A stretch of DNA of 64,000 nucleotides from an uncultured Bacteroides sp. GTDB lineage: Bacteria > Bacteroidota > Bacteroidia > Bacteroidales > Bacteroidaceae. The translations under genes were made by a program, and so were the position numbers. Shown in pieces: positions 30,274 through 39,001 of this stretch. The stretch spans positions 28,262-92,261 of the forward strand of contig CALADS010000071.1 in assembly GCA_937890825.1 (NCBI GenBank), read 5' to 3'. The notes beneath the pieces are model-generated. The model saw only the letters and a list, made by a program, of their open reading frames with translations. It made no database searches and was not told the DNA's origin. Each line of letters starts with the position of its first letter. Within the stretch, counting starts at the first letter, position 1.

Positions 30274-31290
30274 ATGAACCGCATAAAGAACATCCTATCT
30301 ATACTAGCCCTAGCCTGCCTGCTGCTGGGACTGAACAGCTGCATCCGTGAAGAAGATTACGACAACAGTCCACAGGGCAACTTCGAAGCACTGTGGAAAA
30401 TCATTGATGAGCAATATTGCTTTCTGGCCTGTAAACAGATAGACTGGGATGCCATACACGACCAGTATGCCCGGCGCATCAGCCCCAACATGAGCCATAC
30501 AGGTCTCTTCGAGGTACTGGGAGATATGCTGGCAGAACTGAAAGATGGACACGTGAATCTGTACAGCACCTTCAACTCGGCACGCTACTGGGACTGGTAC
30601 CTGGATTATCCACGTAACTTCAACGAGGCGGTGGTGGAAAAATACCTGGGAAGAAACTACTACATAGCCGGCGGACTGAAATACAGAATACTGGAAGACA
30701 ACATCGGCTACATCTATTACGGCGACTTCTCGCACGGATTCGGAGAGGGAAACCTGGATGAAGTACTGGCACACCTGTCCATCTGCAACGGACTGATTAT
30801 AGACGTAAGAAACAACGGCGGAGGAAACCTGACGTATGCCGAACGACTGGCAGCCCGATTCACCAATGAAAAGGTGCTGACGGGATATATACAGCATAAA
30901 ACAGGCAAAGGACACAACGACTTCTCGGAGCCCTACCCCATTTATCTGGAACCCTCGAACAGCATACGCTGGCAAAAGCAGGTGGTGGTGCTGACCAACC
31001 GGCATGCCTACAGTGCCACCAACGAATTTATCAATATGATGAGCATCCTGCCCAATGTTACCTTACTGGGCGATAAAAGTGGCGGCGGAGCCGGACTGCC
31101 GTTTACCTCGGAACTACCCAACGGATGGACCGTGCGATTCTCGGCCAGCCCACACCTGAATGCCCGGAAAGAGCACATCGAATTTGGTATAGACCCGGAT
31201 ATACATCTGGATATGAACCTGCAAGAAGCAGCCAACGGCATCGATACCCTTATAGAAAAAGCCAGACAGTTACTGAAAGGTAATCTCTAA
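30274..31290 (+). CDS. S41-family peptidase, lipoprotein
   Basis: Lipobox LNSC; LKDGHVNL, IIDVRNNGGG, YSATNEF, GIDPD. Confidence 0.9.
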   Translation: MNRIKNILSILALACLLLGLNSCIREEDYDNSPQGNFEALWKIIDEQYCFLACKQIDWDAIHDQYARRISPNMSHTGLFEVLGDMLAELKDGHVNLYSTFNSARYWDWYLDYPRNFNEAVVEKYLGRNYYIAGGLKYRILEDNIGYIYYGDFSHGFGEGNLDEVLAHLSICNGLIIDVRNNGGGNLTYAERLAARFTNEKVLTGYIQHKTGKGHNDFSEPYPIYLEPSNSIRWQKQVVVLTNRHAYSATNEFINMMSILPNVTLLGDKSGGGAGLPFTSELPNGWTVRFSASPHLNARKEHIEFGIDPDIHLDMNLQEAANGIDTLIEKARQLLKGNL

Positions 31291-31305
31291 TTTCTTCCAA
31301 AAGAA

Positions 31306-31336
31306 TTTGCAGAAACAAAAAATCTTCTTATCTTTG
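31306..31336 (+). promoter_or_regulatory. Consensus sigma-A promoter of tRNA-Leu
   Basis: TTTG-N19-TATCTTTG. Confidence 0.85.
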
Positions 31337-31359
31337 CACCGCTTAACAAAGAAGCCACT

Positions 31360-31441
31360 GCGGGTGTGGCGTAATTGGCAGCCGCGCCAGACTTAGGATC
31401 TGGTGCCGTGAGGCGTGTAGGTTCGAGTCCTATCACCCGCA
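31360..31441 (+). tRNA. tRNA-Leu (anticodon TAG)
   Basis: GCGGGTG/CACCCGC acceptor stem, CCAGA-CTTAGGA-TCTGG anticodon arm, long variable arm, GGTTCGAGTCC; CCA not encoded. Confidence 0.97.
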
Positions 31442-31442
31442 C

Positions 31443-31487
31443 AAAAAATAAGGTGTATCGTTTTTCCAGCGATACACCTTATTTTTT
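31443..31487. terminator. Bidirectional terminator between tRNA-Leu and the CYTH gene
   Basis: AAAAAATAAGGTGTATCG...CGATACACCTTATTTTTT. Confidence 0.85.
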
Positions 31488-31957
31488 TACCAAGCACTGA
31501 ATGGATGCTTCATCAACTGCGAATTATAATAACGCACATCACCTGTCACCTCCTCCGCAATGAAATCCGGCTTCACAAACGCCTCATCTTCGTCGGCCAA
31601 TTCTACTTCAGCCACTACCAGCCCCTCGTTCTCTCCATGAAACTCGTCTACCTCGAACACATGGCCACCACTAGGCACCAAGTAACGCACCTTATCAATG
31701 ATACCCGGCTCGCAAAGGGTCATCAATTCCTCCGCCTCTTGCAGAGAAATCTCTTTTTCCCACTCATAGCGACTAGTACCGGCCACATTGCTGGCGCCCT
31801 TAATCGTAAGATAGCCTTTACCCTGACGAATACGCACCCGCACCGTGCGGCCTCGGGCACTGCAAATATACCCTTGCACTACCCTACTTTGCGATTCGGC
31901 CAAAGCCTTATACCCATCTCCCTTAACGAGGAATTTCCGTTCAATCTCTAGCGACAT
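31487..31957 (-). CDS. CYTH-domain (triphosphate tunnel) protein
   Basis: EIERKFLV, RVRIR, LTIKG, RYEWE, FEVDEF, VAEVEL. Confidence 0.92.
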   Translation of the reverse strand: MSLEIERKFLVKGDGYKALAESQSRVVQGYICSARGRTVRVRIRQGKGYLTIKGASNVAGTSRYEWEKEISLQEAEELMTLCEPGIIDKVRYLVPSGGHVFEVDEFHGENEGLVVAEVELADEDEAFVKPDFIAEEVTGDVRYYNSQLMKHPFSAW

Positions 31958-31975
31958 AAGCACACAACGAAAACA

Positions 31976-32107
31976 CTAGCCCCAATAAGAATAGAGAACA
32001 AACATGAGGAATACCAAAATGAGAGCAATAACCCCCATTACTTTCAATACCTTCTTACCCTGCTCTTCTTCTTTGCGGCTATGAGTTAATTTCTTATTCT
32101 TTCTCAT
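31976..32107 (-). CDS. 43-aa single-TM small membrane protein
   Basis: MRKNKKLTHSRKEEEQGKKVLKVMGVIALILVFLMFVLYSYWG; charged N-terminus plus a hydrophobic helix, 18 nt upstream of CYTH on the same strand. Confidence 0.75.
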   Translation of the reverse strand: MRKNKKLTHSRKEEEQGKKVLKVMGVIALILVFLMFVLYSYWG

Positions 32108-32350
32108 AATCATTCATTCATTTAAAGTTCAACGATGAACAAAGTAACAGGAAATCCGGGAAGAATCCAAAGAAAAAGAGATTATATTTCCTTGAAAAAT
32201 CAGTTATCAACCTTTCATTCACACACACATCCATACACAACAACACATAAAAAAAACATCCATGTAAATAAAAACGCTCTCAATCTAAGCATAATCTCGT
32301 TTATTATTATTATTTTTGTAAAGATTGATTAAGCCTACAACAAACAAAAC

Positions 32351-33127
32351 ATGATTAGATTTATTACTTTTATTATTTGGATGGTTATAAACAGTACAAA
32401 ACCATCTGCCATACAAGCCGACACATTGCATATATCGGCACAGCAAACCTATACAGCAGGTATCGACACCCTGACCCAAGAAGCCATAACCCAACTGGAC
32501 ACACTATACAAACTGAAAGCGAAAGAGATAGTGATGCAGCGACACCGCACTCTTATAAAAAGAATGGCCATCACCATCTGCATCATGACCAGTGTGATTC
32601 TATCCAGCAGCCTATTGCTTTGGGTAGGATGGAGGCACTTACGCACCCACAAAAACAAATTGCAACCAACAAATGCCAACTTTGACGACCTGCCATGCAA
32701 TAACAGGCAATTAAAACCTAGCGAAGAAGCAACCATAGATGAGATACCGGAACCGACAGGACTTTTCACTGAAAGTTCAGAAACAGACACGTATCTATTC
32801 AAGCGGATAGAACGACTCGTGAAAGATGAAAAACTATACCTGAATCCCAACCTCAGCCGACAAGACATCCTGAACCAACTCTCCATCAACAAAAACCTCT
32901 TTAGCCGCATCATGCAGAAACACCTACAGATGACGCTACCGGAATATTTAAGCTACCTCAGAGTACAACATGCCATCCAGCTGATGAACGAACAGCCCAA
33001 CTTCTCTACCCAAGCCCTGGCCGAAGAATCCGGATTTAAGAATATACGCAACTTTCAACGCAATTTTAAATCCGTTACAGGCATGACATTTACTGAATTT
33101 AAAGAACAGTACAATGGGGGGGGGTAG
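32351..33127 (+). CDS. Membrane-anchored AraC-family transcriptional regulator
   Basis: Hydrophobic N-terminus, TM segment, then LYLNPNLSR...YLSYLRVQHA...LAEESGFKNIRNFQRNFKSVTGMT HTH. Confidence 0.88.
   Translation: MIRFITFIIWMVINSTKPSAIQADTLHISAQQTYTAGIDTLTQEAITQLDTLYKLKAKEIVMQRHRTLIKRMAITICIMTSVILSSSLLLWVGWRHLRTHKNKLQPTNANFDDLPCNNRQLKPSEEATIDEIPEPTGLFTESSETDTYLFKRIERLVKDEKLYLNPNLSRQDILNQLSINKNLFSRIMQKHLQMTLPEYLSYLRVQHAIQLMNEQPNFSTQALAEESGFKNIRNFQRNFKSVTGMTFTEFKEQYNGGG
33116..33124 (+). repeat. Poly-G tract (G9) immediately before the araC stop codon
   Basis: TACAATGGGGGGGGGTAG. Confidence 0.9.
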
Positions 33128-33163
33128 AAATACTTGTCTTTCAATAGATTACGAGCAAAAGCG

Positions 33164-33304
33164 ACAAAAAGTCACCTCATAAAACCGTTGATTTAGGACA
33201 AAATAGTATCTAAAACCGTACAAATCGTCGTCTGGAATTATACAAATTGTCTTAACAAACGCACATAAACCAACGAAGATATTTTCTCATTTTTTATACA
33301 TTTG
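33164..33304 (+). promoter_or_regulatory. Putative activator-dependent promoter of the pilus operon with phased direct repeats
   Basis: ACAAA..GT half-sites at 33164, 33198, 33220, 33242 (spacing 34/22/22); -7 box TACATTTG at 33297-33304 with no -33 TTTG. Confidence 0.55.
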
Positions 33305-33325
33305 TCACAACCAAATAGTACGAAA

Positions 33326-33901
33326 ATGAGAAACATAATTAAACAAACCTTCGTAGCTGTTTTGCTGTGTATCTGTTCCAATCTGGCAGCTCAGCAAGTG
33401 GCCGTAAAGAGCAACCTGCTCTACGACCTCACTACTACCTTTAATCTAGGAGCGGAAATCGGCCTGGCTCCGCAGTGGACGCTCGATCTTTCTGCCAACT
33501 ATAATCCTTTTACCTTTTCGGATGCCAAGAAGTGGAAACACTGGATGGCACAACCCGAAGCACGCTACTGGTTTTGCGAACGCTTCAACGGCCACTTTGC
33601 AGGCATACACCTGCTGGGCGGCCAGTTCAATGTGGGCAACGTGAAGTTTCCCCTGGGCATCTACCCCTCTACCAAAGACTACCGCTATGAAGGCTGGTAC
33701 GTGGGAGGCGGCTTGGTGTACGGCTACCAATGGGTGCTGGGCAAACGGTGGAACCTGGAAGCCAGCATCGGTCTGGGCTACGTACATGCCAAATACGACA
33801 AATACGATTGCCCCAAATGCGGTGAATGGAAAGAAAAGAACGACAAAGGTTACTTCAGCGTAACCAAAGCCGCCGTATCACTTATCTATGTAATCAAGTA
33901 A
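33326..33901 (+). CDS. DUF3575-like outer-membrane beta-barrel protein
   Basis: Signal peptide, AVKSNLLYD, QPEARYWFCE, GYQW, WNLEASIGLGY. Confidence 0.85.
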   Translation: MRNIIKQTFVAVLLCICSNLAAQQVAVKSNLLYDLTTTFNLGAEIGLAPQWTLDLSANYNPFTFSDAKKWKHWMAQPEARYWFCERFNGHFAGIHLLGGQFNVGNVKFPLGIYPSTKDYRYEGWYVGGGLVYGYQWVLGKRWNLEASIGLGYVHAKYDKYDCPKCGEWKEKNDKGYFSVTKAAVSLIYVIK

Positions 33902-33915
33902 AGGAGGACACACGC

Positions 33916-35382
33916 ATGAAAAGAACCATCTATACTACCTTATTGATAGCTGCTGCCTGCTTCGGTGCGCAGGCACAGGAAGGAAACCTCACCCGTGTGC
34001 AGGTGAACCGGGAATCCGTACAGAAGACAGGCAGAACCATGCAGCTAGATTTGTTACTGGACTTCAGCCAGCTGAAGGTGAGCCGGCAGCGCAGCGTGCG
34101 CCTTACGCCGGCCATCGTGCAGCAGGAAGGCAACCAGGAAGTGGTGCTGCAGCCCATCGTGATAGACGGACGCATCCGCAGCCGCATACACCAGCGCCAG
34201 CAAGCCCTGACCGGCCGCTCCGAAGCTACTGAAGGGGCTTATACCGTACTGAAGAGTGGCGAGACGCTGCCCGACACCTTGCGCTACCGGGCCACCGTGA
34301 CCTACGAGCCCTGGATGACGCAGAGCCGCCTGGTGATCCGTGAACAGGTGACCGGCTGCCGGGAATGCGAAGAAGGCCGGGAAGAGATGACCGTGCGCCA
34401 ACCGTTCTACACCCCCTATGTGCCGCATTATGCCACTACCTACCTGACCCCCGAAAAAGAAGAGGTAAAGGTGCGCAACGAAGTACGGGTGGCCCGCCTG
34501 CAGTTCCGCTGGGACAGCTACCGGGTAGAGGCCAAGTATAAAGGCAACCAGCAGGAGCTGAACACCGTGAGCGAATCCATCGAACTGGTAAAGGATAACC
34601 CCGACCTCACCATCAAGGGCATCTACATCACTGGCTACGCTTCGCCCGAAGGTAAGGCCAGCTACAACCAGCGCTTGTCTATCCAGCGTGCCGAAGCGCT
34701 GGCCCGCTATGCGCAGAAAGACACCAAGACCCAGGCCAGCCTGTGGCATGTGGTGGGAGGCGGTGAAGACTGGGAAGGTTTCCGCCGCGAGATGACGCAA
34801 CATCCCGACCTGCTGGATCCCGAACAGGCACTGAAGATATACGACTCTTGCAAGGACGACCCCGACGAATGCGAAAGACGCATCCGCTTCCTGATACCCG
34901 CCGGCGAAAAGCGCCAGCGGCTGATGGACGAGGTGTACGGTCCTCTGCGCCGCAACGAATACCGCATAGAGTACGAGGTGCGCGGCTTCAATCTGGAAGA
35001 AGCACGGGAGCAAATCAAGACCCGCCCCGACCTGCTGAGCGTGGAAGAAATCTACACGGTGGCGCAGAGCTATGAAAAAGGCAGTGCCGCATATCACGAA
35101 ACCATGCTGACCGCCGCCCGCACGTATCCGGCCAATCCGGCAGCCATCGTCAACGCTGCCCACCTGCTGATAGAGGAAGGCCAGACAGGCGAAGCCATTC
35201 AATTAATGGAAGCCTCGGAAGCCGCCCAAGCTCCGCAGGTACTGAATGCCCTCGGCGTGGCCTATGCCCACGAGAAGCAGTACACCCGCGCCCAGGAACT
35301 GTTCCAACAGGCAGAACAGGCCGGCAGCCAGGATGCCAAGATCAACCTGAGAGAGATTCAGGAAGTCATCAACGACTTATAA
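33916..35382 (+). CDS. DUF3868/OmpA-like plus TPR protein (PgmA-like pilus assembly factor)
   Basis: Signal peptide; ITGYASPEG..YNQRLS..RA OmpA-like motif, GEDWEG, C-terminal TPR (LNALGVAY); start after AAGGAGG. Confidence 0.8.
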   Translation: MKRTIYTTLLIAAACFGAQAQEGNLTRVQVNRESVQKTGRTMQLDLLLDFSQLKVSRQRSVRLTPAIVQQEGNQEVVLQPIVIDGRIRSRIHQRQQALTGRSEATEGAYTVLKSGETLPDTLRYRATVTYEPWMTQSRLVIREQVTGCRECEEGREEMTVRQPFYTPYVPHYATTYLTPEKEEVKVRNEVRVARLQFRWDSYRVEAKYKGNQQELNTVSESIELVKDNPDLTIKGIYITGYASPEGKASYNQRLSIQRAEALARYAQKDTKTQASLWHVVGGGEDWEGFRREMTQHPDLLDPEQALKIYDSCKDDPDECERRIRFLIPAGEKRQRLMDEVYGPLRRNEYRIEYEVRGFNLEEAREQIKTRPDLLSVEEIYTVAQSYEKGSAAYHETMLTAARTYPANPAAIVNAAHLLIEEGQTGEAIQLMEASEAAQAPQVLNALGVAYAHEKQYTRAQELFQQAEQAGSQDAKINLREIQEVINDL

Positions 35383-35425
35383 AGTGAAAATAAACATATT
35401 CATTAACTAACTTAATTTTAATAGT

Positions 35426-36535
35426 ATGAAACTAAACAAATTCTTTATGCTGGGTCTGGCTGGATTGGCATTCGCAGCATGTAGTAGTGATGATGAAGTG
35501 TCATCAGCTGGCTTGGACGGCGATGCTGTAGTTCGGGTTAACATCGTAACAGCAGGTAGCACAAGAGCGGTGGATACTCCGGTAGCAGGAGAAGATTTGT
35601 CAGAACAAGCTGTGGTAGTTAACAAACTAACTTTGACCCTGACTGCAGAAAAAGGCGGTAAGAGTATAACTATTGATAAGCCTAATGAGAAGGGCGAAAC
35701 AGTCTTAGAGCAAGCCCAAGGCGTTATGTTTGAAGCTGTCAGAAATCCTAGTAAACTGGAAGTATTCATCAACGACGGTAAAGCTGCACCTCTGACATTG
35801 GAAGAAGTGGTTGAAACTGGTTTGGCAGCTCCGATGTATGCAGTTAAGACAGGTGCAGAGTTTGGCCAAGCAGTTAAAGAAGAATATAAAGGGAAAAAAG
35901 TAATGACTTATAAAGTAACGTTGAATCCTCAACACGAAACAGCCTTGGTGGAATTCTCTGGCATCAAACATAAAGATCACCAAGGAAAGCCTTGTGCCTT
36001 TAAGTCCATTAGACTGGATGGTATTTTCATGGATAACATCCAAACAGCAGAAGGTGGCAACCGTGCTACATATGATTCCTGGAATGCCGCACAGAATGGT
36101 GTTCCTACTTTCGAAGTAATCAACGAAGATTTCATGACACCTGATAAGGTATGGCCGGCAGCTGTAGAACAACAAGCAAAATGCTATGCATACAACATGT
36201 TCCCGGGTACTTGCGCCAGCTTGGTATTGGCTGCCAGCAACATCACAGCCAATGACGGATTTGATGCCTTGCTTACGAATGGTTATGCCCGCGTAGCTCG
36301 GTATAAACTGGATGTAACGAAAATGACTCCGGAGCAGAAACAAGCCCTTGGTGCTAACGATGAAGGTTACATCACAGAATTCAAAGCAGGCTATGTATAT
36401 AGAATCAAGGACATCGTAGTTCCTGATGAAGCATGGGGTCCTACACCTGCCGGTGGTGAAGACGTAAACGTATTGGTAGTAGAAGTAACAGTGAATCCGT
36501 GGAAACTTGTTTCCGGAACCGTAGAATGGAACTAA
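35426..36535 (+). CDS. Type V pilus major (stalk) pilin, lipoprotein
   Basis: Lipobox FAAC-SSDDE, STR/A processing site, C-terminal FKAGYVYRI...VEVTVNPW donor strand; followed by a hairpin. Confidence 0.8.
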   Translation: MKLNKFFMLGLAGLAFAACSSDDEVSSAGLDGDAVVRVNIVTAGSTRAVDTPVAGEDLSEQAVVVNKLTLTLTAEKGGKSITIDKPNEKGETVLEQAQGVMFEAVRNPSKLEVFINDGKAAPLTLEEVVETGLAAPMYAVKTGAEFGQAVKEEYKGKKVMTYKVTLNPQHETALVEFSGIKHKDHQGKPCAFKSIRLDGIFMDNIQTAEGGNRATYDSWNAAQNGVPTFEVINEDFMTPDKVWPAAVEQQAKCYAYNMFPGTCASLVLAASNITANDGFDALLTNGYARVARYKLDVTKMTPEQKQALGANDEGYITEFKAGYVYRIKDIVVPDEAWGPTPAGGEDVNVLVVEVTVNPWKLVSGTVEWN

Positions 36536-36552
36536 TCCCATACTAATCATTC

Positions 36553-36586
36553 ATTTAGGGCAGCGGTTAAATCCGCTGCTCTAAAT
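36553..36586 (+). terminator. Intra-operon hairpin after the major pilin
   Basis: ATTTAGGGCAGCGG-TTAAAT-CCGCTGCTCTAAAT. Confidence 0.7.
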
Positions 36587-36633
36587 ACTCTCTTTTTTAT
36601 CAGACAAACATACAGTGCATATTCCAGAAGATT

Positions 36634-37590
36634 ATGAAAATAAGAATCATACATTTACAGAAGATATTTTTACTGCTGGCCGCTATCGTCCTGGGTGCCG
36701 GTTGTATTAAAGAGGATCTTGAAGACTGTAAGACCCCTACTACCCTCCATTTCACCTACTTGGCGGATGGGAACCAGAATGTATTGCCCCATTATATTCA
36801 TAAAATAGACCTGTATGTTTTCGACTCAAGCAACCGATTGGTAGAAAAATTCACATACGGACAGGACGAATTGGCAGACCAGACAAAAGGACATACCTTC
36901 CGCTTGAAAAAAGGCAAACATACGTTAGTGGCTGTAGGAAATGCCTACAACCGTACTAGAATAGTCAACATGGATCAGGCAGACTTCGGTCGGATGTATT
37001 TGCAGCATCCGGACTGGAACAGCGGGCTGGACATAACCGATGGTCATGATGACAATTACTTAGGCAAACTGGAAATTGACGTGCCGGAATTCGACGGAAC
37101 AGGGATAGAACACACCGTGCAGCTGTTTAGCGCACACATCAATGTCAGCGTGGAAATCAAAGGGCTGGCTCACCTGGCTCCCGCCGCCACCAGGGCAGCG
37201 CCCGGAGTGAAACTGAGTTTTGAAAAAGCCAATGCACAGACCAATGTGCTGAACCAAGTATCTACAACAAGCAAAGAAATCTGTCAGCCTGCACTGGTGT
37301 ATGATGCAGAAAAACAACTGTATCACACCGAAGGACTGAGCCTCTTCCGCATGGACAAAGAGGGACTATTAGAGAAAACACTCTGCGAACATGTCTTAAT
37401 CTTGACCGACTTGGCAGGAAAAGAATTGTATCGCAGCAATATATACGAATACATCCTGAGCCATCCTCAGCATATCGATGTAACCAAACAGGAAGCCTTG
37501 CTGCCCATCGAAATAGAGTTTACAGCGGTAGGCGTAGAGATTAAGGTGCCGGGATGGGTCATTGTGGACGGACAACCGGAATGGAATTAA
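36634..37590 (+). CDS. FimB/Mfa2-family anchor pilin, lipoprotein
   Basis: GAGC-IKEDLEDC, IDLYVFD, LVAVGN; C-terminal IKVPGW. Confidence 0.82.
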   Translation: MKIRIIHLQKIFLLLAAIVLGAGCIKEDLEDCKTPTTLHFTYLADGNQNVLPHYIHKIDLYVFDSSNRLVEKFTYGQDELADQTKGHTFRLKKGKHTLVAVGNAYNRTRIVNMDQADFGRMYLQHPDWNSGLDITDGHDDNYLGKLEIDVPEFDGTGIEHTVQLFSAHINVSVEIKGLAHLAPAATRAAPGVKLSFEKANAQTNVLNQVSTTSKEICQPALVYDAEKQLYHTEGLSLFRMDKEGLLEKTLCEHVLILTDLAGKELYRSNIYEYILSHPQHIDVTKQEALLPIEIEFTAVGVEIKVPGWVIVDGQPEWN

Positions 37591-37602
37591 AGAAGAAAGG
37601 AT

Positions 37603-38997
37603 ATGCTTATGAAAAAGCTAGTTACATACCTGTCAATCGTTTGTTGCTGGATAGCATGGCTTTCCACTGCTTCCTGCACACAGAATGAGGAAAATACAGA
37701 AGTCAACGACACTTCTACCTTATACGTAACATTCAGCACCCGGGCTTCGGAACCAGACTCCTTGCTCCGTTCTAGAGAAGGCATCCGCACCCTGCGCCTC
37801 ATCCTGATTCAAGAAGGAAAGGTGCTGCGTAACTACCAAGAAGACTTTGGAGCGGATGGACAGCCCGTGATTCAAAAGACCATTACTTTTCTGGGCATAC
37901 CCAACAAAGATATTTCTATCTATGCCATTGCCAATGAAAAAAGTGTCAACCTGGATTTCAGCCGGATTTCCGTAGGCAGTGTATTTGATGACATAGCCCG
38001 GGAAAACCTGACAGGCACTGTGATAGACAATACCGGACGTAAGTTCTTCCCGAGAACCGAAGAGGCGCTGACAGAAGCCAACCGTTATTTGCCCATGACC
38101 GGAAAAGCTGAATATAAAATGGTGACAGGGAAAAAAGAACAGCAGGTTTCTGTGGAGCTGACACGCATGGTGGCCAAAATGGAAATTACCTTCAAAAATG
38201 AAACGGGAGCCGACTTGCTTATCGATAAAATTCATTTTGGCAAAGGCCCTTCGCCCACAAAAACGTTCTTATTCCCCAAAGAAAATCAGCTGCCGGAAGG
38301 TACCGTTTATAATGACAATTATGTGGCAACGGGTGGTGCAATACTGCCTATGAATGGAGAAGGTATAATGGTAGATTATTTCTGCGAATCAAATGCCGGT
38401 GCAGGTCACTATCAATTGGGGCTGAATGATTTGACGGATTTTCCACTGACCAACATCATAGATACCGAAACCAAACAACCCGTTGCATTTCTGTGGCGGA
38501 ATACCTGTCTGCGGGTTACAGCTACTGCCAAAGTCAGTGGTTGGGAACTGAAATGCAGCGTTCTACCTTGGGATTATACTGAAACGGAGGTAGACTATGA
38601 AACTCAGTTGAGCTACACTCAGGGCACATGGGACAAACAATCCTATTTAAATAGAGAAGGCAATAAAATCCAACTGTTTAGAAATCCGGAAAGAACACCA
38701 GCAGTGATTACCTTCACCATCCAAACTCCCAATACCGCCACCTGGCAAGCTTCATTAACGGATCCTATGCACTTTGAATTTGTAGAGGGGTTTGACAGTG
38801 GAAAAGCGGTAGACGAAACTGGTAAACCGGTGAAACAAACCATCAAGATTCGCGTAAAAGACCCGGATTCGCAAGAATCTTATGAAACGCAACTAAAAGT
38901 GCATGCTATCATAGCTGGTAAGAGCTACGAAATAAATTTGGTAGGCGAAGGTTCTTCCACTACCGACGAAAGGTTTACCATCATCCAAAGTAATTAA
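37603..38997 (+). CDS. Type V pilus minor pilin, lipoprotein
   Basis: TASC lipobox, STR/A, IRTLRLILI, IYAIANE, LPMTG, VELTRMVAK, VLPW. Confidence 0.75.
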   Translation: MLMKKLVTYLSIVCCWIAWLSTASCTQNEENTEVNDTSTLYVTFSTRASEPDSLLRSREGIRTLRLILIQEGKVLRNYQEDFGADGQPVIQKTITFLGIPNKDISIYAIANEKSVNLDFSRISVGSVFDDIARENLTGTVIDNTGRKFFPRTEEALTEANRYLPMTGKAEYKMVTGKKEQQVSVELTRMVAKMEITFKNETGADLLIDKIHFGKGPSPTKTFLFPKENQLPEGTVYNDNYVATGGAILPMNGEGIMVDYFCESNAGAGHYQLGLNDLTDFPLTNIIDTETKQPVAFLWRNTCLRVTATAKVSGWELKCSVLPWDYTETEVDYETQLSYTQGTWDKQSYLNREGNKIQLFRNPERTPAVITFTIQTPNTATWQASLTDPMHFEFVEGFDSGKAVDETGKPVKQTIKIRVKDPDSQESYETQLKVHAIIAGKSYEINLVGEGSSTTDERFTIIQSN

Positions 38998-39001
38998 GGT
39001 T

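Noticed and set aside
30274..31290. S41 peptidase as the pilin maturation protease
   Set aside because: It is transcribed with parC and the barrel gene rather than the pilus operon, and S41 enzymes are not known as Arg-specific pilin processors; proximity is the only evidence
32301..32312. (TTA)4 run next to the araC -7 box as a phase-variable tract
   Set aside because: Too short and expected in AT-rich intergenic DNA
33128..33325. Invertible promoter for the pilus operon
   Set aside because: No inverted repeats flanking the -7 box and no recombinase nearby
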